Shown here: one piece after another, positions 49,084-63,741 of the stretch
How positions within the stretch are numbered: position 1 is the stretch's first letter
Layout: each line of letters begins with the position of its first letter
From: Octopus sinensis
Taxonomy: Eukaryota
Reading direction: 5' to 3'
DNA: 64,000 nt
Assembly (NCBI RefSeq): GCF_006345805.1
Contig: NC_042998.1
Coordinates: 58,962,001-59,026,000 of the forward strand
Translations under genes and position numbers: made by a program
The notes under the pieces: model-generated
Database searches by the model: none
The model's input: the letters and a program-made list of their open reading frames with translations, nothing else
What the model was told of the DNA's origin: nothing

Positions 49084-51527
49084 GTGTGTGCGTATCCCTT
49101 TTTGTAGTTGTCATTCATTAACTAGAAGGTTCTTCAGTGTGATAATGTTTGTCACAATTTTTTAATGTATTCAGTTGTTAGACTTCTGTATTTATGTAGT
49201 GAATGCCAGTCTGCTATGTGTTTTGCCAATAGGAAGAATAGAGATTTAGAGATCAGCTCAGCAAGTTAACAAAATACTTTGATTATATTACAGCCTTGCT
49301 GCTTGCATGGCTGACTTATTCTACTTCATAAAACTAATTTACGGACAAATGGACTTGCTTGTTCACATTTAACTCTCTCTGCCAAGAACGCAGTGCAGTA
49401 CTGACAAGATGACAGGACCCGCGGACCCGTCGGCTAATATTTATCGACTTCACCGACTCTGTTTAGTCGGCAGACGAAGAATGTTTGGCTATAACTTAAA
49501 GTTACTACGAGATGATATTAAGCAAACAACCAAAATATAGAATTGAATACTTCTTCCAGGAGAAAAAGAATCGATTCCATTTATAGCTGGAATTTAATTA
49601 AAATATAGCCTTGTTAGTTTGTGTTGCAGGACCTTGCTTTTATATAAGACCACGTGAGAAGCAAGCTTATAGCTAAAACCTTATGAATAACAATGAAATG
49701 GATGGGAATTTCTCGATTTTTATCAAAAGAATTTATACAATTTTAAATCGAAAATTGGACTTTATCTTATTGGCATATCCAACGACCAAATTCTGCAAAG
49801 ACTTTCAATTTTATTGAGTTCGTGTTTATCATTTTTATCCAGAAATTATCAGAACAAGATTAATAGTATTTACCCTTCAACGTTCAGTTAAAATAACAAA
49901 ATATCACCAGATGCTTCTGAATAATAAATCAACCGGTTTAACACTATTTCCAGTTTAAATCTCATTATTGTTTGTTTGTTTTTATTGTTATTGTTATATT
50001 TAGTGGGTCTGTGAGTGAGCAGGAGCTGGAATAGCACAAATATCTTCTTTTGAATCAATAAACTCTGTCTTATGCTTCGAGTTAAACTTTTGGTCACGAT
50101 TTCCTTTGTTCTTCTCACTCACTGCACTCTAATCTCTCAGGACACTCTTCAGTTTTGTTTAGCATTTATAAATACGATAAAGAAGGACAGGATCCATGGT
50201 CTCACGTTTCTTTTCTGGCCGGGAAGTGTGATTCGTCTTATTATTTTAACGAAGAAGAAACTTTAAAATATTTAGCTCAAAGGGGCAGTATTCAATCAGA
50301 TGCGTGGATGAGCGTTATTGGTAAATCTAATGTGAGATTTAAAATGTGTGAGAGTATTGTAGTCTGGAGTCACGTAGAAAGTGGGATATATCATGTTAAG
50401 TCATCCATAAATATTTAGGATGACTTAAGATTGGAACTGAACGCAAAAATTGCTGTGGTGTTTTTGAAATAATGGAGGCTCTCTATCTCCCCATTAGAGA
50501 AGAGAAGTTCCCATTGAGAGAAGTGGTTGCTTGGCGGAGTAAGTAACGGCAAACGGACTGGTTCAATGTGTTTCGTATTTTTTAAAATTATTCTCTATGT
50601 ACCAGAGACTGTAAGTATCAGTTCACCAAATTTAGAATTTCTCTTGTCTAAGTATACATATTTTATAAATGAATCATAGTTGAATCATAGATCAAGTTCA
50701 AACAAATGTTATAAGTATTGCCTGTTATAATTTATTATTGGACCAATGAGAAAAAAGACAATCGAACACATACTTGATGCATATTTTTGTATATATCACA
50801 ATATTCCAGGGGCAAAAATAAATGGTCAGAATCTTTAACAATATAGACACATGCAAATTTAATAAATTTAATTAAAAGCGGAAGAATGCAGGACTGTGTA
50901 GTTAAGAAGTCGGTTTCATAACTATGCAGATTCCACCGCACAGCACTTCGGGAAATAATCCTCTGTTATATAATCCTTTGTTCTATGTAAAATTAGGTCG
51001 AATGAAACAGAGTGGGGGCAAGCCACTGAGAAACTATTCCCGTTCATAGTAAATTTAATCAGTTTCTCGGCCAGTCCCTTATGGCGTCTACCTTTTTTGC
51101 AATACTTCGGTGAGATTTCCGATGAGCATATAAACATTTTCATTTTATTTCACTGGTCATAGAAAATATCACCAACAGCTACACTAACATAACTAGCAAC
51201 AATACCTACTATTACTTATATACATTGAACTATTATCAAATGCGTTCTATTCGTGACCTTCCCATATTGTTCTTTATACATAGTATTCCCTGGACTACTT
51301 TGTTATTTGTGTTCATTTTAAAGATAGGTATGAGTTTAGGGAGACGTGACCGCTGTCTCTAACCAGAGAACAGACCATATACAAGCGCTCTGTCGTTGGC
51401 ATCAAGTAGAGTTATGAAATATTGACTTTATATAGTAGTTAATACTTTCTTTGTGCGTTAGTTGCATTTGTGGATTTTATGAACCCTAAAAAGTAATATG
51501 GGTGTCACGCAAGTTATTGCTTTCAAT

Positions 51528-51946
51528 ATAGGTATAGAAGTGGATGTGTGGTAAGTAGTTTGCTTACCAACCACATGGTTCCGGGTTCAGTCCCATTGTG
51601 TGGCACCTTGGGCAAGTGTCTTCAACTATAGCCACGGGCCGACCAAAGCCTTGTGAGTGGATTTGGTAGACGGAAACTGAAGAAGCCCGTCGTATATATA
51701 TATATATGTGTGTGTGTGTGTGCGTGTGTGTGTGTTTGTGTTTGTGTGTCTGTGTTTGTCCCCCCCCAACATCGCTTGACAACCGATGCTGGTGTGTTTA
51801 CGTCCCCGTAACTTAGCGGTTCGGCAAAAAAGAGACCGATAGAATAAGTACTAGGCTTACAGAGAATAAATCATGGGGTCGATTTGCTCGACTAAAGGTG
51901 GTGTGCCAGCATAGTCTCAGTCAAATGACTGAAACAAGTAAAAGAA
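51528..51946 (+). mobile_element. SINE family 1, full length
   Basis: Head, internal TA/TG tract, tail. Confidence 0.9.
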
Positions 51947-52094
51947 TGAAAATTAGTTCTAGAGTTTAATTCAAACGCCGTCGGAGCCGACTTTTCCTTT
52001 CAACCTTTCAGGGTCGATAAAATAAGTAACAGTTAAAAATTGAGGTCACTGTAATCGCCGAGCGAAATAATAACATACATTCACACGCATTTAA

Positions 52095-52895
52095 GACGGC
52101 GAGCTGGCAGAATCGTTAGCATACCAGGTGAAATGCTTAGCGGTATTTCGTCTGCCGCTACGTTCTGAGTTCAAATTCCGCCGAGGTCGACTTTGCCTCT
52201 CGTCCTTTCGGGTTCGATTAAATAAGTACCTGTTACGCACTGTTATATAATCGACTTAATCCGTTTGTCTGTCCTTGTTTGTCCCTTCTGTGTTTAGCCC
52301 CTTGTGGGTAGTAAAGAAATAGGTATTTCGTCTGCCGTTACGTTCTGAGTTCAAATTCGGCCGAAGTCGACTTTGCCTTTCATCCTTTCGGGGTCGTTTA
52401 AATAAATACTAATTACGCACTGGGTCGATATAATCGACTTAATCTGTTTGTCTGTCTTTATTTGTCCCCTCTGTGTGTAGCTCCTTGTGGGCAGTAACGA
52501 AATAAGAAACGTTCGCACAATCCGGGCGAAATGCTTAGCGGTATTTCGTCTGCCGTTACGTTCTGAGTTCAAATTCTGCCGAGGTCGACTTTGCCCTTCA
52601 TCCTTTCGGGTTCGATAAATTAAGTACCAGTAACGCACTGGGGTCGATGTAATCGACTTAATGTCCTTGTTTGTCCCCTATATGTTTATCCCCTTCTGGG
52701 CAATAAGGAAATAAGAATCGTTAGCATGATGGACAAAATGCTTAGCGGCATATCGTCTGTCTTTACATTCTGAGTTCAAATTCCACCGAGTTCGATTTTG
52801 CTTTCATCATTCAGTCAAGAACCAGTGGAGAGCTGGGGTCGATGTAATCGACTTACCGTCTCTCCGAAATTACTCTCCTTGTACCAAAATTTGTA
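52095..52895 (+). mobile_element. Tandem array of four SINE family 2 units
   Basis: Unit 1 52095-52321 (full head); units 2-4 start inside the head (ggtatttcg 52322; agaaacgtt ~52505; agaatcgtt ~52714); units 1-3 end in a ...gaaata tail, unit 4 has the ordinary tail. Confidence 0.9.
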
Positions 52896-54439
52896 ACTCT
52901 TATTACAGTTCACTGGGTTTTTTTCAGGCATTATATATCTTAGATAACATTATTTAGTGTGTCAACTTTTAATTTCATGGAGATTTAGCTGCTCTATGTT
53001 AATAGTTTGAGAGATCCCATTGCTGTTAAACCATGGTGTGTGTTAAGCCGACACCGCCAGTGCTACCGACCAAAAAGAAAGGAATTAATAGGATGTACTG
53101 TAACAACAGTAATGCACAATAACCCTTTAATCATTTAAACGTTGACCTACTGGAAAAGGAAATGAATGTAAATTTTAATAGGAAAACACGATGGTGGAGA
53201 ATAAAAAGAATGGAATAGAACGTGTTTGGTGAAAGCATGAAAGTCACAACCACGATTTACATATCGCCAGTTTAACAAAAGAAGTCAAGCAAATAATTCT
53301 CTTTACCACATAATGCGTGAAATAAATATACAAATACCTAAATGTGTAAAAGTTTGTTTGAAAAGGAGTGGAATCAAATAGGAACGTAACTGCAGTCAAT
53401 TCTCTTTGATTTAAATTTTATTGTTTCTGGTAACTTAATTGCAGCCACTTCTTGGAACAAATTGCTTGTTTATCAAGAACTGGCAAAAATAAAGTTACTT
53501 ACGCCACTTATTTAGCTAAATAACTGGCTTGTTATCAAGACAACGAAAAAGCTTTTATGTAGTCTCTCAACTTGCTAGAAATAGCACTCAAAATTTCTCT
53601 CAAATATAATCCAACCTTATTAAATAAGACAAAAACATTAGATAGTATAGTACTGCGTTCTTAAAAAAAAAGGGGATGATCAAGAGTGGATTGTGTTTAA
53701 CCTTAGGGGCTGTTCTATGAGGATGGAAATGGGGCTAATTAGCATCAATAAATACCGTGTAGCTAAATTGTAGCATTAGCTGAACAGTTACAGAGTAATA
53801 TTCCCACAGAAAAGATCAAAGATTAATGGCGTTCTAGGCGTGGTCATCCCGTTTCTTTTATTTTTTATTGATTGTTGGTAGGGTTGGATTTATGTAAACA
53901 ATATAACAAAACTACATTATTCAACGTCACTTTATTTTCTTAAGACAGTTAGGTCTAATAGCCAAAATTCTTGGCTGTTATTTCTTGTGGCTCTTGCTAC
54001 AACGAGGAGCCACCATCGTTGTGAAATATTGTTGTAAAATATTTTGGGAGCACGGCTGGCTGAAAAAAAATGCATACTTCTGGAAGACTTGCTACACACT
54101 CATGTTGAGGGATCAAACATTCAAGTCAACGACAGATTCCTCGTACCTCTAAGTATTGAATATTGAGAATAGAGTACATCGCTACTGCAAGCAGTGATGG
54201 CGCTAAGAATCTGACTAGTTCTTAGAGTGGATTCTATTGACTAATGTTTTCCGGATTACAAAGATCTACATGGATAGCATGCATTTGATGTTTATCTTCA
54301 GTTTCCTTAGTGATTAGTGTATGAAGAAGAATCATTCCTCAAACCCTCTCTTTCTCTCTTTTCACAAACATGCACACACGTAGGCACAAAGACAGACACA
54401 CACACAACACACACAAACATACACACGCACACACACAAA

Positions 54440-54470
<31 letters not shown>

Positions 54471-55008
54471 GCACGCACGCACAAATATATGATTAGTTAT
54501 ATAATCAGTTAGATGTCTATAGAGGCGTAGTTTGATCAAAGGATTAAGACACTCGCTTTGCAGCAACCAGTTCCTGGATTGGATATCACTGCATGACATC
54601 TTAAGCAAGGGCCATTGTCTATTAGCTTTGGATCAACTTATATCTTGTTAAAGAAATTGTGAAGATGGAAACTGCACGGAAGCCCATCGAATGGACTGTT
54701 CCTGCGATTCAAAAATAAAGTCCTATCTCTTCCTGAGAATTGCATTTTGTCTACATATGTCTGTGGAATATTCACAGCTTACACAAGAATTCGATGAGAT
54801 AATTGGGCTGATTGAACAATTGTATGCACATCATCGAACTTATTGAAAAGCCTTCCATCCATCTATCCAAATACACCCCAAACGCATACACACACACATA
54901 TATATACGCACATACATATATATATATATATACACACACAAACAAACACAAACATACAACCACAAATATATGTGAATGTGTGCGTGTGTGTGTATGTATA
55001 TATATGTA

Positions 55009-55222
55009 TCTATTATATAAAATCCGTTCTGTGTATGTGTGTGTGTGCGTCTTCTAGGATCTCGAGCATCCTCCATCCAATTGCGCTCAAATTTGATATG
55101 TAGATACCAACGGTATCAGGGCGTATATAAGTCTTGAAAAAGTACAAAAATCGATTCCAGGTTAGAATGCGATCGATAAAGCCTTGGGAACGCGCATTTA
55201 TACGCGCAAGTACATCAGCTGT
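55009..55222 (+). mobile_element. Short Helitron-like non-autonomous element
   Basis: A|TCTATTATATAAA start like 40362, internal (TG)n, 3' hairpin gcgc-atttatac-gcgc then cagctgt (degenerate CTAG end). Confidence 0.5.
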
Positions 55223-55921
55223 TGCCACTAGCTTTTCCATGTCCTTGAACATCCCGTAAAGTAAGTTAGCTTAAAATTAGTTACTTAGTTCCCTAGGTTG
55301 TTGCTTTTCATAAAAAATCGCCCCAAGTTGATTTCCTATATGCTTTATCGGATAAACCTATTATTGTCCCAGGTACGTTCTCATAAATTCATCATTCATT
55401 TCCATTTAGATTTACCCCCAGTTAACCCATTTGAATGCATCGTTTTTGTCCTGCTTTTCTTCCGTCAACCTGTACATAACTGCACCTTCCATTTTTTGTT
55501 GTTTTTGTACTGCTTAAAGGCACGTTTCTTTCCTGCCAAGCTTACTATTTAAACCATCTTTGTGTTCTCCCAATCAACAGCCTTATCATTATTGGTACTT
55601 TAAATTCTTCGGTTGCATATTTGTGTGAATAAAATCGTTTTTCTTTGGAATAGAAAAAAAGTCTATCTTTATTTCTTCTTTTGCTTGTGTCTCAAATTTA
55701 GGTTAAATCAGTGTTTCTCAAAGAGGAGGCCTATGGGACAGTCGGACAAGTTGTTTTGAGAAAATTTAGTTTAAATGTTTGACAACTCAGCACCGTCCAT
55801 TGGACGGGGGGGGGGATGCTCGTATATATATATATATATATATTATTTAAATTTATTTTTAGGGAATAAAAATTCCGGCATAACAGGGGTTCAAATTATT
55901 CTCAATGAAGAAATATATATT

Positions 55922-57814
<1,893 letters not shown>

Positions 57815-57970
57815 TATATATATATATGTGTGCGTGTATGTGTGTTTGTCTGTGTATGAATGTATATATGTGTGTATGTATGTATGCATGTATGTTTATG
57901 TATATATATATATACATGTATATATAATATAAAATATAGATATTTTTGTGTTAAGATATATATATGTATA

Positions 57971-58356
57971 CTCTTTTACTCTTTTACTTTTTCAGTCATT
58001 TGACTGCGGCCATGCTGGGGCACCGCTTTGAGGCGAGCAAATGGACCCCAGGACTTATTCTTTGTAAGCCTAGTACTTATTCTATCGGTCTCTTTCTGCC
58101 GAACGGGGACGTAAACACACCAGCATCGGTTGTCAAGCGATGTTGAAGGTGGGGACAAACACACACACATATATATACATATAAATATATACGACGGGCT
58201 ACTTTCAGTTTCCGTCTACCAAATCCACTCACAAGGTTTTGGTCGGCCCTAGGCTATATTAGAAAACAATTGCCCAAGGTGCCACGCAGTGGGACTGAAC
58301 CAGGAACCATGTTGTTGGTAAGCAAGCTACTACCACACAGCCACTCCTGCGCCTAT
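57971..58356 (-). mobile_element. SINE family 1, full length
   Basis: Head and tail as other copies; (gtaaaaga)n end. Confidence 0.9.
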
Positions 58357-58440
58357 ATATATATAATGTGTGTGTGTGTGTGGTGTGTGTGTGTGTTGTG
58401 TGTGTGTGTGTGTGGTGTGTGTGTGTGGTGTGTGTGTGTG

Positions 58441-58570
58441 TAGAAGAAATAAGGTACTCAGAAATCTGGATGGTTTTATATTTACAGATTTTTATTAATA
58501 TGTCACATGTTTTATAAAAAAATCTGTAAATATAAAACCATCCAGATTTCTGAGTACCTTATTTCTTCTA
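58441..58570. repeat. Perfect ~53-bp-arm palindrome between microsatellites
   Basis: tagaagaaataaggtactcagaaatctggatggttttatatttacagattttt / exact reverse complement ending 58570. Confidence 0.95.
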
Positions 58571-60390
58571 ATATATAATACCTGTATATTATATCCAAAT
58601 CTTCTAATACACACACACACACACACACACACATATTGGTACAAATAAAAGAAGACAGATAAAGAAGGCTTCTAGCAAAAACGAAAATTGACGCTCATGA
58701 AGACAATGTAATAATTCTATAATAAATAACATTCGTACCAAAAACACAAGCAATGACAATAACAATCTCACACAAACGTAAGTTTCCTCAAATGGTAATA
58801 CTGAGGGAAATTTGGGAAGAGGATCGGATTCGCCCTTTGAAAATGTCGTGCAACAATTGAAATCTAACCATGGAAAATTTAGACAAAAAATAGGTGACAA
58901 GGTAGCATTGTATGGCAAAAACAGATTGATCTCTATTTGAAACGGTCAAAAAGTGATGAGTTGGTCCTCGCCGATTTCTAAATACGTCGCTCGATGAAGA
59001 GAATATCGTAAAAAGCATCTTTAAAATTTCATTGTTGTGTTGATAACACTGGGAGATCTAAGAGCTGGTAAATTGTGTTTTTGTAAAACAAAGTGCGGCA
59101 CGAAGTCAAAAGCTCAGTTAGGGGGTCACACACTTTAACATTGACTAATCCCAGAGCATTGGACAAAGCAAGGCAATGATCCCTGTGAAACATCGGTGAC
59201 TCATGAAACCCTTGGCTCTAGTTACCTTCATTGCACAATATGGGATGGTTGTCAGCATCCATATATCTTTTGGTGATATGGGATTTCCATGGTTCTCGCA
59301 TCCTTATAAAACGGTAACACAATCTAGAAATTTTGCTCTATAGCGAGTATCAATAGCTCTATAGCGAGTACAGCTTTAATAGTAGAAGTCCGGGGGAAAA
59401 CACAGCTACTATATATGTAACAGCACAGCAAAAATCCTTTAAAGGTTTTCTGACAAAATTAGAAACAAACAACTGCACCCGAAATTGCTTTAAAAATGAT
59501 AGGACGCGAAAGCTGTTGTTACTAGAACAGCGTTGGACACGGTCCATGAAGACATCATCCCATCTCCATTCCAAGTGCAAAGTAGGAAGCTCAGGGTCTC
59601 CTCCCTAGTTATAAGTAGCAGCGCCAGACAATCGTCTTGTGATAATGAGGAGGAGGGGGAGAACGAATAGGGGTGGAAAACTGCTGCAAAGATCGGGAAG
59701 AACAAGAAAATAAAAAAAGGAAAAGAAAAGAAAGGAGCTGAAGTAAGCTGAACTCCTGTATACGTCAAAATGAAGCTAACCGTCTTTTGAGTAACAAACG
59801 TAGAACTGATAGAAGAGTTAAGATATTTACATGATTATTTCGAGACAAATTCATTGCAGATTGGCGAGAAAACTGTCTCCGATTAAGTAAAGCATGTGAT
59901 AAATCAGTATATTAAGAAAAAAAGCTTCGAATCAGCCTAGGGAAAACATTTCAGAAAAACATTATCAGGACTCTGTAAGTAGCTTCTTAGCCTCCCCCGA
60001 CACCAACGTTGCTGAGAGGTATTTTGGGAAGGAATAAACATAATAATTATGAAGCCTGAAAAAAATGTCATTATGGTTGTGATAGGTCCATGCGTGGGTG
60101 GTGCACACAAATGTATGTTCATTGTTTAAATTCTATTTCGTTTTAATTATTGTTCTTTGTTTTAATGTTCCTCGGAAGATGTGTGGGATGAAAAACAGAT
60201 TGACATCGGTGGGATTAGAACTCAAAACACAGAAGAACGTAACGACACATTTGTCTTGTCTATTCAATAATGATAATATTTATGATGATGATGATTACGA
60301 TAATGATTCCTTTTATTGCCATCAGGTAAGGAGGCCATTACAAGGACAGTTTTAAGAAGAAAAATTTAATTTTAAGAAGGTAGAAAAAAA

Positions 60391-60492
60391 TGACATGAAT
60401 AATCACAAATGAATATAAATGACATGAATAATCACAAATGTATAAACGTGGCATGAATAATCACAAATGAATAAAAGTGGCATGAATAATCG
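60391..60492. repeat. ~30-bp minisatellite, ~3.5 copies
   Basis: tg(a/g)catgaataatcacaaatg(a/t)ataaa.. repeated. Confidence 0.9.
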
Positions 60493-61779
60493 CTTCCATC
60501 ATAGAGCTGATCTAGTGCTAAACAACCAAGATGACAATTTCACGGGAAAAAGAGTTTACCATAACAAGCAAGGAAATAATTATTTTGAACGTTATTGTCA
60601 CCATCAGCAGTACTAAGCTTTATATATTTCTCATCGTTATATGCTTATTTTTGTTTACTTCCATAATTAAAAAGCATTCATTCAAACTCCCTCGCATAAG
60701 CCACAGTCATTAGTTACACTCAAACGAGGATAGAGCTAAAAGTAGTTTTGGGAGTTGATTACATTCATAGCACAGTCCCGGCAACAACACTTGAAACAAG
60801 GATCCTGTGACTGGATGCTACAACCTAGGGACCAATCTCCAGCCAAAACATGAGTTTAAACGGTGTGATCATTAAGCTAATAGAATTCTGGCTACAACCG
60901 CTTAGAAATTGTGATCAAATCGTGCCGAAATTACACAGACTTAAACATAAGTAAACATAAGTCATTTATATACATCATCTCTCTTTATAACTCATACTCA
61001 TTCCTCCATTTTTTTTTGCTCTTTGTTTATGTTAACTATCTAGTATTAGCTTCTCATACACCATTTCTTCACGCTAAACCACATTATTCTGTATAGACTT
61101 TTTAAAATATATTATACTACGTATTGATTACAACGCTTAAGTTGAATTTACATTTAGTATTGTCTTCTCATTGGACATTTCTCCTACTTACTTGCCCTAC
61201 TCAGCATATTTGGATCTACAATTCTAATTTCCATACTTATCTATAGAGGGAACGTTTACGATATCTCTTTATTTATATCTTCAAATAACCGCTCAGGCCA
61301 TTAGTTATGGTTCAATATCCGACATGACTCCCATTTCTTTCTCACACATATACGAATATGACTCTCCTAGATCCAATTTTTTCTGCTCTATTCTTCTTTA
61401 AGTTTCTTATATTATGGTTTCTTTCCTTTCTGCACTAAAGAGTACGATGATATTTATTTTATTTTATTCAATCATGAATTTATATTCTTATATCTTTGTA
61501 CAAAACGATCATCTGCAAGAAATAAACTTCATAAAAATTTTAACATGTTTCCTCCATTTTTAACGAATTCGAGGGGATTTATGGTACTTCATGCCATAAA
61601 TTCATCATACATTATATGCAAATAATACTTTCATGCCTTCGCAAATTTACGCCCGTAAACTCTCAGCAATGAAGAATCAACATTAGAAATTTTTGGGGGA
61701 AACCTCCAATTAAAGGACGAATCCACATTGAACCTGTATAATCATATATATGTATATGTATATATATAATAATATATAT

Positions 61780-61875
<96 letters not shown>

Positions 61876-61889
61876 CGTATATATATATG

Positions 61890-62290
61890 TCATCATTATC
61901 ATTGTTCGACCGTGGTCGAGACAATGGAATTTACTATGCTACGCCAAACTCCACGGTCCATCATAGCATTACGGAAGTCCTGTTGCTGGATGCCTGTATT
62001 CCTGGAGATTACGTCAGGGTAGGAGAGTGTGCGCCCTCTGGTATCGCGAGTAGATGGCTTCCAGAGGAGAAGAGTAGAAATTGCCTCGTTTAAGGCTCTA
62101 CAAAAATGTCCAGCAAACTGGACTCTCCTAACTTTCACAAGAGATGATACAGGTGGTAGTCTCCCATATATTTGTACTTTGGTTGGATCACGTTTCCACG
62201 AGAGATTTAGAGCTCTCATAAGGAGGCGAGTGTAAGTTCCATCCAACGGCCTCTCAAGCTTCTTTGATAACATCCAGATTTCTGAGCCAT
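61890..62290 (-). mobile_element. RTE-X-like LINE 3' end, truncated by a SINE
   Basis: LYGSEIWMLSKKLERPLDGTYTRLLMRALNLSW...RRVQFAGHFCRA...LLLWKP...MMDRGVWR; short (TGA)n tail. Confidence 0.85.
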
Positions 62291-62514
62291 ATAGGCGCAG
62301 GAGTGGCTGTGTGGTAAGTAGCTTGCTTACCAACCACACGGTTCCGGGTTCAGTCCTACTGCGTGGAACCTTGGGCAAGTGTCTTCTACTGTAGCCTCGG
62401 GCCGACCAAAGCCTTGTGAGTGGATTTGGTAGACGGAAACTGAAAGAAGCCCGTCGTGTCCTGCGTTGCTGTGTTTTTTTCTCTTTTTTTCTGTGTTTTC
62501 TTGTTTGGATTAAC

Positions 62515-62548
<34 letters not shown>

Positions 62549-62773
62549 ATATATGTGTGTGTGTTTGTGTGTCTGTGTTCCCCCCCAAAAAAAAACAACG
62601 CTTGACAACCGATGTTGGTGTGTTTACGTCCCCGTTACTTAGCGGTTCGGCAAAAGATACCGATAGAATAAGTACTAGGCTTACAAAGAATAGATCCTGG
62701 GGTCGATTTGCTCGACTAAAAAAAGCGGTGCTCCGGCATGGCCGCAGTCAAATGACTGAAACAAGTAAAAGAG
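62291..62773 (+). mobile_element. SINE family 1 with PLE-like 3' fragment (62457-62514) at its internal TA tract
   Basis: Intact head; insert ends gtttggattaac like 5810-5852; tail followed by the same 3' tag as the 30.9-kb copy. Confidence 0.9.
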
Positions 62774-62820
62774 TATAGTAGAATTGGTTCGGCTGTGGCT
62801 ATATATATATGTATATATAT

Positions 62821-62991
62821 TTTTTTTCTCTCCATTTTTTTCACTCTTTGTTTTCTGTGTCCCTTTCTGTAGAAGAGCGTAGACTCGAAACGTAAAAGAC
62901 TTTTTCTATTCCTGAGCGTTATACTAATACATCTGTTTGTTTTGTACACCATCTGTCTTCGTCTTTTGTTGTTTTTTTCGTAAACTCTCCC
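62821..62991 (+). mobile_element. Probable PLE terminal fragment with A6U-variant minimal hammerhead (62863-62898)
   Basis: CUUU-CUGUAGA-a-GAGC guag ACUC-GAAA-C-GUA^AAAG; ends gtaaactctccc|(TA)n. Confidence 0.7.
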
Positions 62992-63002
62992 TATATATAT
63001 AT

Positions 63003-63533
63003 CTGTCCCTTTCTCCTGTCTTTTGTCCTCACGTGGCCGCTAGCCACTGCTGGGCGCCCTTTTCGTTCCAGCAGTCGTCGAAGCAACACGTTTTTGTTCG
63101 TCTCCCGCGGCCATAAGGCACAACTTCATAAGCCAGCCCCAACTCAACTCGTCCTGTCGTAAGACCCTTGTTCTACGTCCTGGTTTTGTTTTGTTTTTTA
63201 TCCTTACCGTTATTGTTTTTACGTTTTTGTATTCTTATTCGTGCTTTCCTTATTGTTGTCACGTATTCTGTATTTTTATTCGTGTACATCTTTCGTTTTC
63301 CGTCCTTGTGTTGTATACATTCGAAGCTTTCTTCCAAGGGATCTAATGCGCTTGGCTTAGATTTCCCTTGGGGGCTGCCCAGATCGGAGCAATCTCAAGA
63401 TTAATCAGCCGAAATTGCGAAGATGATCTGGTTCTTGACTGATGACTGAGGGCTTCGAATGTCCCGTCCTGTGGTTCTTGTGTCGTCTCCTTGGTGTTTC
63501 TGTTCTTGTCCATGTCTGTATTTATTTTTTACT

Positions 63534-63536
<3 letters not shown>
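63003..63536 (+). mobile_element. Unclassified 534-bp element between (TA)n tracts containing a strongly self-complementary 146-nt domain (63317-63462)
   Basis: Closing stem acattcgaagc/gcttcgaatgt (11 bp), hairpin ccaaggga..tctaa/ttaga..tcccttgg, stem ccagatc/gatctgg; hammerhead core segments inside. Confidence 0.6.
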
Positions 63537-63582
<46 letters not shown>

Positions 63583-63691
63583 TATATGTATATATATTTA
63601 TACGTATATACATGAATATATATGAATATATACATACTTATATGTATATATATGTATATATGTGTGTGTATATATATATTTATATATATAC

Positions 63692-63741
<50 letters not shown>

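Noticed and set aside
52095-52895. CRISPR-like or satellite array
   Set aside because: Units are ~190-230-bp SINE bodies with no repeat-spacer structure; eukaryotic context with no cas genes.
58680-59620. Higher-complexity stretch with short ORFs, possible decayed LINE or exon
   Set aside because: No recognisable motif in any frame and many stops.
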